NCBI GenBank assembly: GCA_039000165.1
Contig: JAWBTW010000021.1
Span: 1 to 10,748 of the forward strand
Reading direction: 5' to 3'
Source of the DNA: Candidatus Aenigmatarchaeota archaeon
Lineage (GTDB): Archaea > Aenigmatarchaeota > Aenigmatarchaeia > CG10238-14 > SCSR01
DNA: 10,748 nucleotides
Made by a program: the position numbers and the translations under genes. Below the pieces are notes generated by a model. The model made no database searches. It was not told where the DNA came from and worked only from the letters and a program-made list of their open reading frames with translations. Positions 7,272 through 10,748 of this stretch are shown here, one piece after another (the stretch's first letter is position 1; the number at the start of each line of letters is the position of its first letter).

Positions 7272-7357
7272 TGCAGGGGCTGGGATTTGAACCCAGGAAG
7301 GCACTAAGCCACAGGCTCCTGAAGCCTGCGCCTTTGACCAGACTTGGCTACCCCTGC
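7272..7357 (-). tRNA. tRNA-Leu(CAG), 86 nt, no intron, CCA not encoded
   Basis: Acceptor stem GCAGGGG/CCCCTGC plus discriminator A; D arm GCC..GGC; anticodon arm CAGGC-TTCAGGA-GCCTG; long variable arm GGC-TTAGT-GCC; T arm CTGGG-TTCAAAT-CCCAG. Confidence 0.97.
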
Positions 7358-8100
7358 CTTCCAAGTATAAATTCTCTTAAATCAATTTTATTTGCTTCTT
7401 CTATATCTGAATAATACTTTATCGGTATCCATGTATCAGTAACATAAACGCAAGCTTTCCCTTCTTCTATCAAATCTTGAACAACACTATCCTCAGGGTT
7501 TGAAGGTATTTTAACGTTTTCAAACTTTTCCAAAGCCCTTGGACTAAAAACAAAACTTCCTGTATGACTTGCATTTCCCTTATCCCAAAAATGAATTGGC
7601 TTTCTTTTCAAGCTTAAGGCTTTTCCTGTGTTTATATCATACTCAACTTTACTGGAAGGTATTACACATCTTTCAGCGCATACTATTGTTAACCCAAAAC
7701 CTTCTTTCTCCTTTTTTCTATGGTAATCCAAAAGTTCGCTAACAACATTCTTTATTATATCAGAAGCATTTTGCATAAGAACAGTTTCTTTTTTGTCTAG
7801 GATTCCTTCTTCTATGCAATACTTTGTTGCTCCTGCACTTCCTAATTTTTCTTTTTCTCTATAAATTACTATTTCAAAATCCTTCCATTCTTCTCTCTTA
7901 AAATACTCTTCAATTTTCTCACTCAAGTAATTCGTTGTTATAACAAACTTTTTTATTCCATAGCTTATGGCAGGAAGCATGCTCCAGTAAATCAAAGGTT
8001 TTTTCTCTAGACCAATTTCTATCAAAGGTTTTGGTGTTGTTAAAGTTAAAGGTAAAAGTCTTTCTCCTTTTCCGCCTGCATGAATTACACAAACTACCAT
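7348..8100 (-). CDS. NTP-transferase family protein (NDP-sugar pyrophosphorylase-like), no beta-helix domain
   Basis: HAGGKGERLLPLT...PKPL signature and E.EKLGSAGA. ATG 8100 overlaps the upstream TGA (TGATG); the ORF track uses TTG 8103. Confidence 0.88.
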   Translation of the reverse strand: MVVCVIHAGGKGERLLPLTLTTPKPLIEIGLEKKPLIYWSMLPAISYGIKKFVITTNYLSEKIEEYFKREEWKDFEIVIYREKEKLGSAGATKYCIEEGILDKKETVLMQNASDIIKNVVSELLDYHRKKEKEGFGLTIVCAERCVIPSSKVEYDINTGKALSLKRKPIHFWDKGNASHTGSFVFSPRALEKFENVKIPSNPEDSVVQDLIEEGKACVYVTDTWIPIKYYSDIEEANKIDLREFILGRQG

Positions 8101-8963
8101 CAAACTACCTTAAAATCTATGCAAACTTTATACTTTTTTGGAGCATAAGGTAGGACTTTTCTTTTATTCAAAATTTCAACTTTTTTCCTTAGCTTTCTTG
8201 CGTTTTTTTCTATTAAGCTTAAAGCTCTTGAGTATAAATCATCCTCACTACCCCAATTATAAAAATGAATGGTTCCGCCTTGAGACTTTAAGCATTTAAT
8301 AGCAATATCAAGAAAACTTTCAGCTCCTAAGGGCAAAGGCATAACTACACGATCAAATTTTCCGTAATATTTTGGACAAACTTCTTTTACGTCGCCTAAA
8401 ACAGGGAAAATCTTTTTTTCAGCTTTATTCAATTTAACATTTTCTTCCGCATACTTATGCGCATCAGGGTTAATTTCAACAGCAACAATTTTATTCACTT
8501 GTGGTTGTTTTTTGAATATAGCCAAAGGATAAGGACAAACTCCGCTAAACATAACTAAAACATCTTCACCAGCTTTAACTTGTTCTGCAATTCTTTGCCT
8601 TTCTGTAGCCTCTCTTGGTGAGAAATAAACTTTTTGAGGGTCAAGCTTTAGCAAGTACCCATATTCTTTATGTAAAACTTCTGTATTAGTTTCGCCAGCT
8701 ATTAATTCATATTCTCTTATCCTTAGCTTTCCTTTCCTTTCGGAAGCCTTTTTCAAAACAGTTTTCACGTTTTTATGAAGTTTCATTATAGCTTTTGCTA
8801 TTATTTCTTGTTTGTCCTTAAGCTCTTCAGGAATTTCAACTATAGCTACAGCTTTTTCTCTTGAACCAATTATGTCAAAGCTAGAAGGTAAAAGCTTCAT
8901 TTCCTCTTGCGTTAATTTCTCTTTAAAAATTTCTTTTAACTTTTCAATAAGCTGAATTACCAT
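8100..8963 (-). CDS. trm5: Trm5/Met-10 family SAM-dependent tRNA methyltransferase (m1G37 and/or wyosine pathway)
   Basis: PSSFDIIG, G.LRIR.YE..AGE.....HKE.G, VYFSPR..TER.R, MFSGVCPY, VEINP, DRVVMPLP; 287 aa. Confidence 0.85.
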   Translation of the reverse strand: MVIQLIEKLKEIFKEKLTQEEMKLLPSSFDIIGSREKAVAIVEIPEELKDKQEIIAKAIMKLHKNVKTVLKKASERKGKLRIREYELIAGETNTEVLHKEYGYLLKLDPQKVYFSPREATERQRIAEQVKAGEDVLVMFSGVCPYPLAIFKKQPQVNKIVAVEINPDAHKYAEENVKLNKAEKKIFPVLGDVKEVCPKYYGKFDRVVMPLPLGAESFLDIAIKCLKSQGGTIHFYNWGSEDDLYSRALSLIEKNARKLRKKVEILNKRKVLPYAPKKYKVCIDFKVV

Positions 8964-9016
8964 AATTATATTTAGCCAGCTATAACAAATTTTAATTTTT
9001 TATCCAATCTATAAAC
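8964..9016. promoter_or_regulatory. 53-bp divergent promoter region between trm5 and the phosphatase gene
   Basis: Head-to-head ATGs flank an AT-rich core (AAATTTTAATTTTTTA, 8987-9002) at roughly TATA distance from both starts. No SD motifs, which suggests leaderless mRNAs. Confidence 0.45.
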
Positions 9017-9877
9017 ATGGAAATAGATGAAATTTTCGAAAAGGCTAGAAGAGCTTCTTTTCAAGAAATGATAGAAGTTATAGAAAAAGCTTCAGAAGTT
9101 TTGGAAGAGAAAAGCCTTTGCTACTTACCTTCAAAAGGTAGTTTGATAGCTATAGGTGATTTGCACGGCGACTTTGAAAGCCTTTGCTCTATACTTAAGA
9201 AAAGCAACTTAAAAAAAGATTTTCTTCTTTTCCTTGGGGATTATGGCGATAGAGGAGAAAATTCTCCAGAAGTTTTTTACACTCTTCTGAGCTTGAAAGC
9301 AAAATATCCAGAAAGGGTTTTTTTGTTAAGAGGAAATCATGAAGCCCCTCAATATGTTGATTTTTCTCCTCACGATTTGCCTTTTAGGTTGTGTGAAAAA
9401 TATGGAAAAGAAGGTGAAAACATCTACAGAAAACTTTACAAACTTTTTGATAAGCTACAATTAGGAGCAATTCTTCCTGAAAAATATATTTTTCTTCATG
9501 CAGGCTTTCCAGTAAACCTTTCTTCTTTGCAGGACATAGAAAAAGCAAAGGAAAATTTCCCAGAAAAGTCTGACTTGATAGAAATTTTATGGAACGATCC
9601 TTACGAGATTCAAGGCTTTATTCCAAACTTTAACAGAGGAATTGGCTATCTTTTTGGGCAAGACATAACAGAAAAATGCTTAGAAATTTTAAGGGTTAAA
9701 ACTTTGATAAGAAGCCACCAGCCTCCTTTTGAGGGAGCAAAAGTTAATCATAAGGGAAAAATTTTAACAATTTCCTCAACAAAAGTTTATGGCGGAAAGG
9801 CGGCTTTTTTAAAGATTAAACTTGAAGAAAAGGCAAAGAATGCTTATGAGCTAATTAAAAATTGTGTTGTGGTATAG
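9017..9877 (+). CDS. PPP-family serine/threonine protein phosphatase (metallophosphoesterase)
   Basis: GDLHG, GDYGDRG, LRGNHE, HAG, LWNDP, RG.G..FG.D and IRSHQ motifs. Confidence 0.9.
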   Translation: MEIDEIFEKARRASFQEMIEVIEKASEVLEEKSLCYLPSKGSLIAIGDLHGDFESLCSILKKSNLKKDFLLFLGDYGDRGENSPEVFYTLLSLKAKYPERVFLLRGNHEAPQYVDFSPHDLPFRLCEKYGKEGENIYRKLYKLFDKLQLGAILPEKYIFLHAGFPVNLSSLQDIEKAKENFPEKSDLIEILWNDPYEIQGFIPNFNRGIGYLFGQDITEKCLEILRVKTLIRSHQPPFEGAKVNHKGKILTISSTKVYGGKAAFLKIKLEEKAKNAYELIKNCVVV

Positions 9878-10642
9878 ATGCTAATACTAGCTGGTTTAGG
9901 TTTGTACGACGAAAAGGACTTAAGTTTAAGAGAAATAGAAGAAGCAAAAAGTGCAGACAAAATTTTTATCGAGCTTTATACTAGCAAATGGTACGGAAGC
10001 ATAGAAAACTTGGAAAAGCTTGTTGGAAAGAAAATTGAAGTTCTAGGAAGAAAAGATTTGGAAGAAAATTCCGAAAGAATTCTCGAAATTGCAAAAAAAC
10101 AAAAAGTGATTTTGTTTGTTCAAGGCGATGCTTTAGTTCAAACAACTCATTCTTCTCTAATTCTTGAAGCAAAAAAACTTGGAATAGAAACAAAAATCAT
10201 CCATAACGCTTCCATAATTTCAGCCATAGGAGAAACTGGTTTGCACTTACAAAAGTTTGGACCTTATGTTACCATTCCTTTTCCTGAAAGAACAAAAGGA
10301 AAGCTTCCTGAATCAGTTTATGAAGTTATAAAGATGAATAAAGCTAGAGGTTTACATACTTTATGCTTGCTAGACGTTTTGGCAGAGGAAAAAAAGTATA
10401 TGGAAGCAAGAGAAGGGCTAAAAATTCTCCTTGAAATCGAGAAAAAAAGGAAAGAAGGAGTGATTTCTGAAGAATCAGAAGTAGTTATTTTTTCAAAAGC
10501 AGGAAGCGAAAAGCCTTTAATTGTTTTTGGTAAAATAAAGAATTTGGTAAAAAAGAATATAGGAACGCCTGCAGTTATAATATTTCCAGGGATTTTGCAC
10601 TTTACTGAAAAGGAGTTTTTACTATTATATAGTGAAGAATAG
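9878..10642 (+). CDS. dph5: Diphthine synthase
   Basis: GLGLYDEKDLSL, ELYTS, R..LEE, GD....TTH, HNASI....G.TGL...KFG...TIPF, N..RGLHTLCLLD, PG.LHFTE.E.L. Confidence 0.95.
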   Translation: MLILAGLGLYDEKDLSLREIEEAKSADKIFIELYTSKWYGSIENLEKLVGKKIEVLGRKDLEENSERILEIAKKQKVILFVQGDALVQTTHSSLILEAKKLGIETKIIHNASIISAIGETGLHLQKFGPYVTIPFPERTKGKLPESVYEVIKMNKARGLHTLCLLDVLAEEKKYMEAREGLKILLEIEKKRKEGVISEESEVVIFSKAGSEKPLIVFGKIKNLVKKNIGTPAVIIFPGILHFTEKEFLLLYSEE

Positions 10643-10655
10643 AAATCTTTAAATA
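10641..10655 (+). promoter_or_regulatory. Probable BRE/TATA promoter for a leaderless downstream gene
   Basis: AGAAATC-TTTAAATA; the TATA element ends 24 nt before ATG 10679. Confidence 0.5.
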
Positions 10656-10678
10656 CTAGTTAGTGGTAACAATTAAAT

Positions 10679-10748
10679 ATGACACAAGAAATAGGAGAAA
10701 GTTATACTTTGCTGGACCTAGTGGAAGTTGGTGGACAACTTAAGCATT
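10679..10748 (+). CDS. Start of a hypothetical protein (MTQEIGESYTLLDLVEVGGQLKH...), truncated by the window edge
   Basis: ATG with an open frame to the window end and a well-spaced TATA box upstream; too short to identify. Confidence 0.45.
   Translation, partial: MTQEIGESYTLLDLVEVGGQLKH

Noticed and set aside
8090..8109. 9-bp direct repeat CAAACTACC at the trm5/NTP-transferase junction
   Set aside because: Short and explained by Val-Val codons on both sides of the TGATG overlap.
9981..10193. 70-aa antisense ORF
   Set aside because: Shadow of dph5.

Overview
AT-rich, gene-dense archaeal housekeeping region. The compact layout and GTGAT-type ribosome-binding sites would fit a DPANN-like archaeon, but that is inference only. 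The + strand carries the 3' end of a zinc-finger RPA gene, radA interrupted by a 409-aa LAGLIDADG intein, the KEOPS kinase Bud32, a small two-TM ORF, uS15, the RecJ/Cdc45-like nuclease GAN and eS1 (S3Ae). The - strand carries a Trm5-family tRNA methyltransferase, an NTP-transferase whose stop codon lies inside a tRNA-Leu(CAG) gene, a ~350-bp structured intergenic region, and an M50 site-2 protease with a PDZ-like domain. The + strand then resumes with a PPP-family phosphatase, diphthine synthase Dph5 and the start of another ORF. Three things stand out. (1) The 6919-7271 intergenic region holds a 19-codon mini-ORF with a strong SD, tandem hairpins, a U-tract and a competing pairing (attenuator-like layout) upstream of the protease, plus a 26-bp inverted repeat of promoter-like arms and a perfect 16-bp palindrome. 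(2) The intein sits in the RadA P-loop at G|SGKT rather than the GK|T site of the Pyrococcus RadA intein. (3) A CDS overlaps the 5' end of a tRNA.
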